From Octopus sinensis (Eukaryota): a stretch of DNA of 64,000 bases. Location: NCBI RefSeq assembly GCF_006345805.1, contig NC_043015.1, positions 38,192,001 through 38,256,000 on the forward strand, given 5' to 3'. Made by a program: the position numbers and the translations under genes. Below, piece after piece: positions 28,531 through 41,035 of the stretch; the stretch's first letter is position 1; each line of letters opens with the position of its first letter. The notes below the pieces were generated by a model. The model did not search any database and was not told where the DNA came from. It saw nothing but the letters and a program-made list of their open reading frames with translations.

Positions 28531-28905
28531 GACACAACAATGCAGAGTGGAATATTATAACTGTTATAATTTAATTATTCATAGTCTGATATAATAATAA
28601 TAATATTTCGGAATACAAAAAATTCCTTCTTCAGATATCGCTAGGAATTGATCGAGTCATTGCTATAATCGGTTTTCCAACGGTTACTGAATTTTTTTTC
28701 CGGAAGCGTCTCTGCAGTGGTCTCACGAAGCTCCGGACATGAGTTAACATAATAAAATAAGAATAGTAATAAACGAGTGGAGAGAAAATATATAGAATAT
28801 ATAGTGCGTGTGTGTTTATTTGGCAAAAAAAAATGACCATCCCGAAATACAACAATATCAGTTTCGACACACGATTTCACATCAGGAATCTTGCAACACA
28901 AATTG

Positions 28906-28978
<73 letters not shown>

Positions 28979-28980
28979 TA

Positions 28981-29183
28981 CACATAAGAGGGATGACCAC
29001 TAAGTGGACATGCATTATGCTACAGGTAGACTCCATATGGTCTGACCACTAAGAAAAGATTGTTCTCAAGAAAATTCAGCAGACGCCAGAGCGTAAGCGG
29101 GCATGAGAAATGAAAAGATGCAAATATATGGTGTCTACTTGTAGCATATTGGATCTCCACCTAGTGGTCATCCCTCTTATATG
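28981..29183. mobile_element. 203-bp MITE with ~28-bp TIRs and TA flanks
   Basis: Left cacataagagggatgaccactaagtgga versus reverse complement of the right end catataagagggatgaccactaggtgga. TA lies immediately outside both ends (28979-28980, 29184-29185). Confidence 0.85.
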
Positions 29184-29399
29184 TAGGTAATATAATTTTA
29201 TTTGAATCTTCAGATTTTTTAATATGGTAGGCCACTGGTTTTAAATTGATATTAATCAAATAATATTCAATTTTTCACCCTTATTATTAAAATTTAAATT
29301 TATTTATACGAAACGCCATCCTTATGTCCATATTCTAGTCATATATTTTCAGATCATCCAGAAAGAAGTAACATTTTATGTTGCAATAAAAAGGACAGA

Positions 29400-29700
29400 G
29401 GGCTTTACTGGACGAATAAGCAGCATCCCCGCACTGAATGTCCCCTTGAAATACACTTCTGCAATACCGTATCATATCAGAGACCATTGGAAGCCGTTCT
29501 TGTTTTTAACTGCAAGACTGAGTCAGGTTTCATATTTGGCCTTCATAATAGTGTTGGGAACTTTAGCTCGCCAAAGGGTTCTGGCAACTGCGAATAAGAA
29601 ACAACGTCAAATACTTTCTTGTAATCCAACCAAACTATAACCAAATTCCTCCTATACTCCACACCTCTGACATTACAGAGTTCTTCAAACATCCCTAATT
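29400..29700 (-). mobile_element. RT fragment of R4/Dong-like LINE
   Basis: RRNLVIVWLDYKKVFDVVSYS resembles the RT motif NL.MAWIDYKKAYDSVPH. Confidence 0.7.
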
Positions 29701-30069
29701 TTTTTCTTCCCGACGGGATGTTCAACTATGATATTATTACTACCAGAATGTTCTGGAGATATTGATAAAGAAAGGCTGTTTAAAACTATATACACGAAAT
29801 TCTGGCATGGAATTGGCCGGCAGTTTTATGTCAAGTGAGTTGCATTATTTTTGAACATCAGTCACTGTTTTTTGCTTCTGCCAGCACTAACCATCTTGGT
29901 ATGTTTTATATCTCCACTGAGAGCTTTCTGGTAAAGGTCATTAAGATACCATCAATAAAAGTTCACTGTTTTTGTACTGGCATCCGACAATCAAATCCGT
30001 TTCTATTGACTTCTTCTTCTTTTTCTTCTACTTCTTCTTCTTCTTCTTCTTCTTTTTCTTCTTCTTCTT

Positions 30070-30148
<79 letters not shown>

Positions 30149-30493
30149 GATGCTGCATTATTAGCCTTCAGCGATTCTCCCATTTAGGAGCTTGATACAA
30201 AAAAAAACTTTAACATAAATCGCAGCAGACGAGAATCGTCAGTCAATATCACGTGATTTCAGTCCACCGTGAATCATCAGTGGAAGGCGTCCGTTCACCG
30301 CATGTCAGTCAGATGTCACTGCTACGATATATGCAATTTCATCGTCTTGTCCAGACTCTGATATCGCAAATAGCCAGTCGGCTTCATTAAAAATTAATTA
30401 CTAGCAACGGAAGCAGTAATAATGCCAAAATATAATCTTTATACCAAACTTAACAAGGATGCCTTAGTAGAACACCGAATACTTCGTTATTAG
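30149..30493 (-). mobile_element. ~329-bp hammerhead-containing element (retrozyme- or PLE-pLTR-like), copy A
   Basis: Terminally redundant (gatgctgcattattag at 30149-30164 versus aatacttcgttattag at 30478-30493). HHR-like cca-CTGATGA-ttcacggtggact-GAAA-tcacgtga-TA-ttg on the minus strand at 30283-30244. Homologous to 40362-40640. Confidence 0.65.
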
Positions 30494-30981
30494 TGTTGAC
30501 ATGACATCCACGTTAAGTTGGATATAAATATTACTTTTTGGTATTGCTACTGGTTCCATCGCTCATAATTAATCTATACCTGTATTTATTTACCTGTGTG
30601 TATAAATGCTGTTAGATACGGAGCAGCAAACCACACACACACACACACATTTGTCTTCCTACCTGTGATCCACCCTCCCTCCACCCCTTAACTTCCCCTT
30701 CCGACCTCCTCCTCCTACCACTCTTATTCTATTCACCCATCACCATCACCACCACCACCACCACCACCACTACTATCATACCTCTTCCTTCTCCCCCCCA
30801 CGTCTCTGCCATTCACACGCTTCTTTCACCTCTTACCGCCACTGCCACCATCACATTTTAATCCAAACTCTACTCACCGCCTGCCACCCATCCACCCACC
30901 ACACCCCCTGGCCGGGCAGCTGGGGACACGGTCCTCTGTCTGTCTGTCTGTCTGTCTGCTCTCACCACCCATCAGCAGCTG

Positions 30982-31255
30982 TGACGATCAAACACCACCA
31001 CCGCCACCACCACCACCGCCACCACTACTACCACCACCACCACCACCGCCGCCACCACCACCACCACCACCACCGCCACCACCACCACCACCACCACCGC
31101 CACCACCACCACCACCGCACCCCACCCCACCACCGCCACCCCACCACACCACCACCGCCACCACACCACCACACCGCCACACCACCCCCACAACCGCACC
31201 ACCACCCCCACCACCACCACCACCACCACCACCACCGACACCGTCACTACTACTG
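30982..31255. repeat. (CAC)n/(CCG) microsatellite
   Basis: Direct inspection. Confidence 0.95.
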
Positions 31256-31683
31256 CAGTGTTCAATAGAAGTTGAATAGTGAGTGACACAGGAGAAGTTA
31301 ATGCTCTCTCACTCTGTCTCCCTTTCTCTCTCTCCCTTGCTCTCTCTCTCTTTCTCTCTCTCACTCTCTCTCACTCTCTCCCCCTTTCTCTCTCTCCCTT
31401 GCTCTCTCTCTCTCTCTTTCTTGTATAGAAATTCGTTGTTCAATATTTGGGTTGTTGCGTGTTTTCTACAATGCGCTCGCGCACGCGTGTCTCTGTGAGC
31501 ACACACACAAACACACACACACACACACACTCACACACACAAACACGCACACACAACAAAACCAGACGAATGAGTTATCCGCTATTGTTACAACTGTTGT
31601 GTGTGTATTTAATTACACACACAGATCCAAGTACGTACTCTGTATGTACTCGCACGCACACCCTTGCCTAGTTGTATACGCAT

Positions 31684-32015
31684 ATTAAGGAGCACTCCGT
31701 CGGTTGCGACGACGAGGGTTCCCAGCTGATACGATCAACGGAACAGCTTGCTTGTGAAATTTATGTGCAAGTGGCTGAGTACTCCACAGACACATGTACC
31801 CTTAACGTAGTTCTCGGGGAGATTCAGTGTGACACAGAGTGTGACAAGGCTGGCCCTCTGAAATACAGGTACAACTCATTTTTGCCAGCTGAGTGGACTG
31901 GAGCAAAAGTGAAATAAAGTGTCTTGCTCAAGGACACAACGCGTCGCTGGGAATTGAACTCACGACCTTACGATTATGAGCCGAATGCCCCTAACCACTA
32001 AGCCACGCACCTTCA
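31684..32015 (-). mobile_element. tRNA-derived SINE (family C)
   Basis: Reverse complement of 45166-45480, with a tRNA-like head and the gtgtccttgagcaagacacttta core. Confidence 0.88.
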
Positions 32016-32094
32016 CTTTATGCATATATGCATTCATATATGCATTCATGAATGCATATATGCATTCATTTACCGCACGTACGCGGTAAATATA

Positions 32095-32262
32095 TTTTTT
32101 TCTATTCAAGGCACAAGGTCCGAAATTTTGGGGGAGAGGGCCAGTCGATTAAATCGATCCCAGTACGCATCTGGTACTTAATTTATGGACCCCGAACGGA
32201 TGAACGGCAAAGTCGACCTCGGCGGAGTTTGAACTCCGAACGTTTCTGCCAGCTCGCCGCCT
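32095..32262 (-). mobile_element. SINE family A
   Basis: ggatgaacggcaaagtcgacctcggcggagtttgaactc...gccagctcgccgcc. Confidence 0.85.
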
Positions 32263-32408
32263 TTTACGTACCCAAATATATTGAGAGACAGACAGACAGA
32301 CAGTATATAAAGTTACATATATACATACACAGAGATTTGTGTGTGTGTGAGTGTGTGTGTGTGTGTATGCATGTATGTATGTATGTATGTACATGTGTGT
32401 ATGTATGC

Positions 32409-32439
<31 letters not shown>

Positions 32440-32643
32440 TGTGTGTATGTATGTCAGGCGCGTATCATAGGTAAATACCCGGGGTATGCAGCCGACATTA
32501 GCGAAGTGAATTCTCAGCCTAAGACTTTATCAGTAGTAAGCATTATATAAAGGTATTAGGTATATCTGTACGTGTAGACGAGTGTAAGCGTGAGAGAGAG
32601 AGAGAGAGGGGGGAGAGAGAGGAAGTCTGTGTATGTGTGGGAG

Positions 32644-32678
<35 letters not shown>

Positions 32679-32893
32679 TTAATGCATCTATAGAAATACA
32701 AAGAACGCTGGGTGGGTTGTACCTGGGTAGAGAAGAAGCTAAACACCTATTCATGTAGTGTATGTATTGTATATGGACACAGCCGTCACATATTCAGGGG
32801 AAATGTTTCCAGGGCATTAAAGCATGAAATATTGAAAGGAGTCTCGCGGCAGATAACTGAACTGTCTCGGCTTTAGCAGAAGACATTACTCTC

Positions 32894-32935
<42 letters not shown>

Positions 32936-33179
32936 ATGGGTTAGTAGAAAAGACCGCTCGGATTAAAATTAGCTGAAGGTAATGGGCGGTAAGGATAAGA
33001 TTATCTTATAAAAGGTAAGGACTTGCGCATAAGGACTTGGGATGGCATTTTGAGACAGTTTTTCATTAATAAGAGTTCCTTATATGCTCGGTCAAATACG
33101 ATATATGATATATATAAAGTATGCTGGTGCAAACAAGGAAAAATAACTCAAAATGTGAGGGTGTGTATATATTTATTTC

Positions 33180-33400
33180 TTTATTGCCCACAGGGGGCTA
33201 AACATAGAGGAGGACAAACAAACGGATTAAGACGATTACATCGATCCGAGTGCGTAACTGGTATTTATTTAATCGACCTCGAAAGAATGAAAGGCAAAGT
33301 CGACCTCGGCGGAATTTGAACTCGGAACGTAACGGCAGACGAAATACGGCTACGCATTTCGCCCGGCGTGCTAACGTTTCTGCCACCTCGCCGCCTTACG
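33180..33400 (-). mobile_element. SINE family A
   Basis: gaaaggcaaagtcgacctcggcggaatttgaactcggaacg...tgccacctcgccgcc. Confidence 0.85.
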
Positions 33401-33807
33401 CGTTAAATGTATTGAGAGACAGACAGACAGACAGTATATAAAGTTACATACATACACATAGATTTGGGTGTGTGTGAGTGTATGTGTGTGTGTATGTATG
33501 TATGTATGTTTGTATGTTCCTATGTATGTATGTATGTGTGTGTGTGTATGTATGTATGTATGTATGTATGTATGTATGTATGTATGTATGTATGTATGTA
33601 TGTATGTATGTATGTATGCAAGTATGTATGTGTGTGTGTGTGTGTATGCATGCATGCATATGCATACATCAGCGCCATCGCCGCCGCCACCGCCACCACC
33701 ATGCAATCAAGCAGAAAGTTGATCTAATTAATTGATCAATAATTGATTGTATCAATCTGTCGCCATTAAAGCGCGTGCATTACACAGTTGGGATTTCATA
33801 GCGACAC

Positions 33808-33931
33808 CTTTGTCCGTGATGGACTCGTTTGGCGAGTGATCAGAGGCCGCCGCCTCTCGTCGAGTTGCTGTTGCTTCCATTATGGCCAACAGGCATTCAG
33901 AGCTCTTTAGGACCGTTTCTGCAGTTTGTTT
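33808..33931 (-). CDS. Candidate exon of unknown gene ([41 protein letters not shown])
   Basis: Acceptor-like gtgtacttttactcttcag|AAA, an open frame, ATG in good context (gccataATGG) and a GC/CpG-rich island between microsatellites. The donor AAAG|GTGTCG is weak and no homology was recognised. Confidence 0.3.
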
Positions 33932-34044
33932 CTGAAGAGTAAAAGTACACTGTGTGTATATGTGTGGGAGGAGAGGGGGAGGGAGTAAAAGGGAGAGAGA
34001 GAGGGGAGTTAAGAGGGAGGGAGAGAGGAGGATTAAGAAGGAGA

Positions 34045-34089
34045 GAGAGACATCGATAGATACATAACCAGATATAGATAGATAGATAA

Positions 34090-34122
<33 letters not shown>

Positions 34123-34169
34123 CAGAGAGAGAGGAGGAGGAAATCAGAGGGAGAGAGAGACATTGATAA

Positions 34170-34263
<94 letters not shown>

Positions 34264-34335
34264 GGATAGATAGATAGATAGAGAGAGAGAGAGACTGATA
34301 GACAGATAGATAGACAGATAGATAGACAGATAGAC

Positions 34336-34426
<91 letters not shown>

Positions 34427-34430
34427 GAAA
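34045..34430. repeat. (TAGA)n microsatellite
   Basis: Direct inspection. Confidence 0.96.
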
Positions 34431-34559
34431 GAGAGGAGAGAGATGTGTGTATGCACTTTTCTGTTTTTAATTATTTCAAATTCTTCTTCCAATGAAGGAG
34501 CTGGTTTCTAACAAAGATACAAAGCTCCATCTTTGGAGTATAAATAACAAACACGATGT

Positions 34560-34660
34560 CACATGTTTAACTTCGAAAGGTCTTGCGTATTTTAACTGTT
34601 CCGCTTACAGATTGTATTCGTAATGTGCAGGTTAGTTTGTCGATCTGAAGCCCTCAGCTT
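34560..34660 (-). mobile_element. Short 3' fragment of the same RLE-LINE family as 15410-15710
   Basis: Minus strand TLRIQSVSGTVKIRKTF versus TLQIHFVSGTIKICKTF. Confidence 0.6.
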
Positions 34661-34684
34661 TTTCAGATTGTCATTTTAGCATTT

Positions 34685-34890
34685 GTAGTGACGCCATTTT
34701 GGAAATTTTCAGCAAGCATGCGCAGAGTTTGGATTCTTCCGGGAAGCCTGCCGGAAGTTCTTTCATGCGCATGCGCAGAAAACTAGCAGCAGCAAAATTT
34801 CCCGCGTCTCGAGCTCTCGCGAATGCTGACAGTCGAACAGGACGGTCGTGTTGTAGCAGCTCTCTCAAACTGCCACCTCGTGGCGTTGCT
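34685..34890. promoter_or_regulatory. CpG-rich promoter-like motif cluster
   Basis: YY1-like gacgccattttg (34690-34701); NRF1 palindrome tgcgcatgcgca (34766-34777) plus gcatgcgcag (34716-34725); ETS/GABP-like ccggaagt (34751-34758); tctcgcga (34815-34822); CTCF-like ccacgaggtggcag on the minus strand (34883-34870). Confidence 0.7.
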
Positions 34891-36179
34891 ACACTATGCT
34901 GGAACTGACAGGATTTGGCTCACTCCACTTGACCACTGCGACGAGCTCCTAGGCTGCCGGTTCGCCCTGAAAGAAGAATGTATATATATTGCGAATCCAG
35001 AAATAAAACATTTATGCTGTTAAAGATATTCGGAAGTCTTGACTCTTTCCTTCGATTAATAATCTCTGCCAGTTCACCGCCTCCTACAACTGATGTGTTT
35101 CATTTATCAAAGCATTGCGACCATGTTTTTCGTTTTGTTCTGATAAACAGAATTTGCTAATGGTCCTTGCGGAGAGATCCGTATCAGTTCTTACTTCATG
35201 CTTCTCCTAAAGTCCATTAGTTATCCATGGATGGATGGATGGATGCGTGTGTGTGTGTGTGTGTGTGTGTATAAATGCATACACATATCCTTACATACTC
35301 CTATGTCTTACAAGTGTGTGTGCTGATAGACAAACTAAAGCTACATCGATAAGACTTGCTAATATAAATATAAAAACATGTCTGGGTAACTATGTGATGT
35401 GTGTGTATGTATGTGTGTACCTCTGTGTGTGTGTGTGTCGGTGTGTGTATGTGCATGCGTGGGTTTTCGCTTATGTGTGTGTGCGTAAAGCATGAATGCC
35501 TGTGTTGTAAAACCAGTGGCTGTTTAAATATGTTGTCATTTGTTAAGTGGAGCACGGCAACACCATCTTTCCAGTTGAATTCCCACAAACAGCAGAACTA
35601 TATTCCCTCGTCCTACCACCACCGCCGCCACCACTACCACCAACCACCACCACCACCACCACCACCACCACCACCACCACCACCACCACCACCACCACCA
35701 CCATAATGCCCTAGAATCATAAACAGAAACTTTATGGCAATATCTCGTCATGGAACTGTGGAAATAGTTGGTGGCGGTCACGTGTGGACGACGTACGTCT
35801 GACTGACGATGTAGGACAAAGTGGTTGTACACGTACATATACAGACACAAACACACACACACACACACATACACATGTTTGAATGTATATGGAGATATAT
35901 GTACCAATTTTAGGTGTTGTGTATATAAAGAGGAAAAGAGACACAAAGACAGACAGACATATATAGAGAGAAATATACGTGCATATGTGTGTATGTGTGT
36001 CATATATTTTTGCTATGACAAATATGCAGAAATCTGCATCTATAAATACGCATTTACATGTGTGCGTGTGTGTGTGTGTAAGTGCGTGTGCGAGTGTTAG
36101 TGATTGTCTGTGTGAATAGTGCACCAGCATGGCCTTGGTTGATTGAGTGATACAAATAAGCAAAAGAACATATATATTT

Positions 36180-36580
36180 CTTTACTACCCACAAGGGGCT
36201 AAACATAGAGGGGACAAACAAAGACAAAGGAATTAAGTCGATTACATCTACCATAGTACGTAACTGGTACTTTATTTATCGACCCCGAAAGGATGTAAAG
36301 TAAAGTCGACCTCGGCGTTATTTGAACTCAGAACATAAAGGTAGACGAAATACCTATCTCTTTACTACCGACAAGGGACTAAACACAGAGAGGACAAAGA
36401 AGGACACACAAACGGATTAAGTCGATTATATCGACCCAGTGCGTAACTGGTACTTATTTAATCGACCTCGAAAGGATAAAAGGTAAAATCGACCTCGACT
36501 GAATTTGAACTCAGAACGTAGTGGCAGACGAAATACCGCTAAGCCATTTCGCCCGACGTGCTAACGATTCGTCGGTTCGC
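36180..36580 (-). mobile_element. Two tandem family A SINE copies
   Basis: tttactacc(c/g)acaagg...gtcgattac/tatc...gcgtaactggtactt...gtcgacctcg repeated at 36181 and 36361. Confidence 0.85.
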
Positions 36581-36584
36581 CTTA

Positions 36585-36669
<85 letters not shown>

Positions 36670-36676
36670 ATATATC

Positions 36677-36737
<61 letters not shown>

Positions 36738-36946
36738 GTAGAATAGAATCGATAGAGAGAGAGAGAGAGAGAGAGAGATAGAAAAAAGAAGAGAGAGAGT
36801 GGATTAGTAATAAATATATATATATATATGAGAAGCACACTCTAATATATAACACACACACCACACAATATATATATAGTATGTATGTATGTATTTATGT
36901 ATGTATGTATATATATATAATATATATATAATTATTATATATATAT

Positions 36947-36983
<37 letters not shown>

Positions 36984-37222
36984 ATATACATATAAAGAGA
37001 GAGAGAGACATATGTGTGTGTGTATAGATGGAATGGATAGATAGTATGATTGTTTCGAACAACGGCTTGGTCCAGGGCATGTCTAACTTAATAGCACCAC
37101 CTGATAGGATCATATATATACATTATATATATATATATGTGTGTGTGTGTATATATATATGTATATCTACGTGTTATATATGTATGTGTGTCTGGTGTGT
37201 GTGTGTGTTTATATATTAGAGT

Positions 37223-37322
37223 NNNNNNNNNNNNNNNNNNNNNNNNNNNNNNNNNNNNNNNNNNNNNNNNNNNNNNNNNNNNNNNNNNNNNNNNNNNNNN
37301 NNNNNNNNNNNNNNNNNNNNNN
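37223..37322. other. Assembly gap (100 N)
   Basis: Run of exactly 100 N; true size and contiguity unknown. Confidence 1.
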
Positions 37323-37771
37323 GCAGGCTTTATCATCCATCAGTCCGTTGCAATGAAAGTCTGTCTGTCTGTCTGTTTGTCTGTTGGTTGGTTGGTTGGT
37401 GGGTTTATGTCACGGATCCACACACCTACCAGGTCACCTAGTTCTATGGTGAGGACCAGGACAGCAGAGCTGCTGGATCAAGTCACACAGACAGACAGAG
37501 AGACAGGTTGACATGGACACAGATCGTATATTAAATAGTGATGCGGTTGTAATACGAACATACATACATATATACATACACAAATACGTACGTACACATG
37601 CATATTTATACATGTATATATATGTATAACAAATTTTATAATTATTATTAATGTTATTATTATTATTATTGTATCAGATTCTATTGTATTGCACATACAT
37701 GCACGTGTGTGTGTGTAAGACTGCATGTATGTGTGTATATACACACACATACATACATACGTATATATGTG

Positions 37772-37802
<31 letters not shown>

Positions 37803-37883
37803 ATGTAAATATATTTATATATATATATACATTCATACATATATATATATAGAGAGAGAGAGACACACACACACACACACACA

Positions 37884-37938
<55 letters not shown>

Positions 37939-37984
37939 CTATATATATATACACATATATATATACAGATATATATATAACATA

Positions 37985-38036
<52 letters not shown>

Positions 38037-38182
38037 TATAATATATATATACATATACACACATTATGAAGTGAACAAATATTTCGTTGTTATACAGAAT
38101 TCTGTTCTTTTTATTTTTCTGGAAATCGATTAGTGAGAGAGAAATCAATAAAAGAGAAAAGAATCAGATTTGAAGAGATGAT

Positions 38183-38220
<38 letters not shown>

Positions 38221-38675
38221 CACGCACACACGCACACCACACAACACACGCACACCACACACACACACACACACACACGCACACACGCACACACACACAC
38301 ACGCACAGACACAAACACACACATATGTATGTGTATGTGCATAATATACATAGATGTACACACATGCATATGTATAGGTGTGTGTGTGTATATAAAATAT
38401 ATACGTAACACATTACACAAAGGCATGCACACACAAAGGAGAGTGCGTGTATTACATATATATATATATATATATATATCGTTATATATATATATATATA
38501 TATATTGAAAAATATATATATATATATATATATATAAATCGTTATATATATGCATTGTGTGCCCGTGCATATATATGCATATGTGTGAGTGCATATATAT
38601 ATATATATATATATATACATACATACACGCACAGATAGATGAATAGATAAGTAGATATAGATATAACACAAATGC

Positions 38676-38707
<32 letters not shown>

Positions 38708-39463
38708 ATGTATGTAAGTATATATTTACACACACACACACACACACACACAAAACACACTATACATATATTGTATGTATATACATATACGAGAAGAGAA
38801 TGAAACAGATTTAGATAAAATCTTCAACATGACATAAATGACATACCATTTACACGTGTTTCGACAGCGTCTACACGTATGTTGTGTTACAATCATTACA
38901 CAGACTATTACATAATCATACTGAAATACCAGCTCTTCAGAAAAAAAAAACAGTAGTTCAATCCATCATTATTTATCATCCTTAGTTGGTAGATAGACCT
39001 AAATGGGAACTACCCATTCTCTCTTAGATATCGGTGTTATAAATACCAAGAAATACAACCACAAACTATTTTGTAACGTGCTGGGCTTTCCAGCACCTTT
39101 TTGAATTTAAAATTTTTGCAAAAACTACTTGATACAGTCGCAATATTTAAAGAAAGATTTTCTTAAAATTTATTCGCTATTTAAAAAGGTTTCAAGAAAA
39201 GCAGTATTCCACGAACCTTTTGGAAAGAAGATTTCGAATAGAGGAAGTCGTTTGAAACAGCGTCCATTATACAGATTAACCCAAAATACGTGTGTTTGAA
39301 AAGCTGAATAGCGAAAGCGCTTACACACAATACAGACAATACGAAAACTTCTTTCCTAAAACTTCGTGGAATTTTGTTTTACAAAAATATTTTGGAATAG
39401 TTAATAACTTCTAAGAAAGTCCTTATATATATATATATATATGTGTGGTGCTGTGTGTGTGTG

Positions 39464-39500
<37 letters not shown>

Positions 39501-39829
39501 CATATATACATATATGTATGAGAGAGAGAAAGAGAAAGACAGAGAGATTTATAATAGTATATAATACAATTATAATTAAGCTTGTGGTAGAGACTATGCC
39601 TATGCTGAAAATAATCCCACTCCCCCGATTTCAACACGATGTGTACTGTAAAAGTGATTATTTTTAAGTGGTTTGGCGATTTGGTGTCTATTTTCAGCAT
39701 AGCCATGATCTCTTCTAAGCCCTTAATTGTAATTGTATCTTATACTATTATAAATCTCTGTATATGGATTCACCTTAAAAGGTGTATATTATAAGATGAC
39801 CACTGATAAAATTTTTAACCGCTTTATCC

Positions 39830-39839
<10 letters not shown>

Positions 39840-39889
<50 letters not shown>

Positions 39890-40175
39890 TTACTGTCTTT
39901 GCACAGCTTCTAACGCTGGAGATGTACTACGGTGTCACCTGTTCACTACCAGTGAACTAAAGTAACACCTCTTATTTTTCGAGCACCTTCCGGAGTATTC
40001 GAGCGGTTCCAAGCAGTGCTGTTTTCTCCAAGTGCTCCACCCTTATTGCAGCCCCTATTTGTTCCACGTACTTCTGGAGATTTTTACTCACTATTCCCAG
40101 GGCTCCGACAATTATTGATACTACTACTACTAACTTTTTCATCGACCACAACTCCTTAACTTCCTAAGCTAAACT
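39840..40175 (-). mobile_element. 3' end of R4/Dong-like RLE LINE with (AAT)n tail
   Basis: Minus strand EVKELWSMKKLVVVVSIIVGALGIVSKNLQKYVEQIGAAIRVEHLEKTALLGTARILRKVLEK*, then a short 3'UTR and (AAT)n. Confidence 0.88.
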
Positions 40176-40209
40176 GTCATATCTATCGACTTTTCTTTCT
40201 TCCTTATCG

Positions 40210-40242
<33 letters not shown>

Positions 40243-40244
40243 CT

Positions 40245-40296
<52 letters not shown>

Positions 40297-40361
40297 ATAT
40301 TGTTGTTGTTGTTGTTATTGTTGTTGTTGTTATTGTTGTTGTTGTTATATATGTTATCAGT

Positions 40362-40640
40362 GATGGAGGCAGTATTAACACGAACACCAAACGGTAATCT
40401 TTATGTCCAATTTAACATGGATGCCATGTTAGAACACCGAATACTGCGTCGTTGGCCCTGAGAGATGTTCTCATACAGGCGCTTCGTACATAAAGATGCA
40501 CTCATAGATCGTAGCAGACGAAATTCGTCTGTCATGAGCGCCGGAATTCCCATATCACACGTGGTTTCGGTTTATTGGGCCTCATCAGTGGCATGCACTG
40601 GTCACCGCATGCAAGTCAAATCTCATTCATACGATATACA
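40362..40640 (-). mobile_element. Hammerhead-containing element, copy B (permuted relative to copy A)
   Basis: Shares segments with 30149-30493 in a different start register. HHR-like cca-CTGATGA-ggcccaataaacc-GAAA-ccacgtgtga-TA-tgg on the minus strand at 40591-40550. Confidence 0.65.
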
Positions 40641-41035
40641 GAACCCGGAACCATGTGATTCGGAGGTGATCTTAATATAAAATAATGTAAAACGATATAT
40701 ATGCAAGCATATACATGCAGCACATGTCAGGAAGTACGAATATCAATATAAGAAACGTATATCAGTTTACTGCTGTATACACTAGTTGCGTATATGAAGC
40801 AGATTCTCTGCTAGATTAGTCCATAGGATGCTAAAACAAAAAAGGCTGCATTTAAAACCCTACCGTATATATATATATATATATATATAAGAGAGACAAT
40901 GGTGTCATTGAGACCCAAAGGTGTCAGGTAATGCTGAGTAAGTGCTATAGACAGACCATAGTTAAGTTCCAGATTCGGTAATATTGCAAATAAAGGGTTC
41001 AACGTTGGTTCTATGTCAGCGTGTGTATATAAGGA

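Noticed and set aside
28840-28900. ctgatgt...gaaac on the minus strand, and gaaacacgtgta at ~38860, as hammerheads
   Set aside because: Core nucleotides or stems are missing; not foldable.
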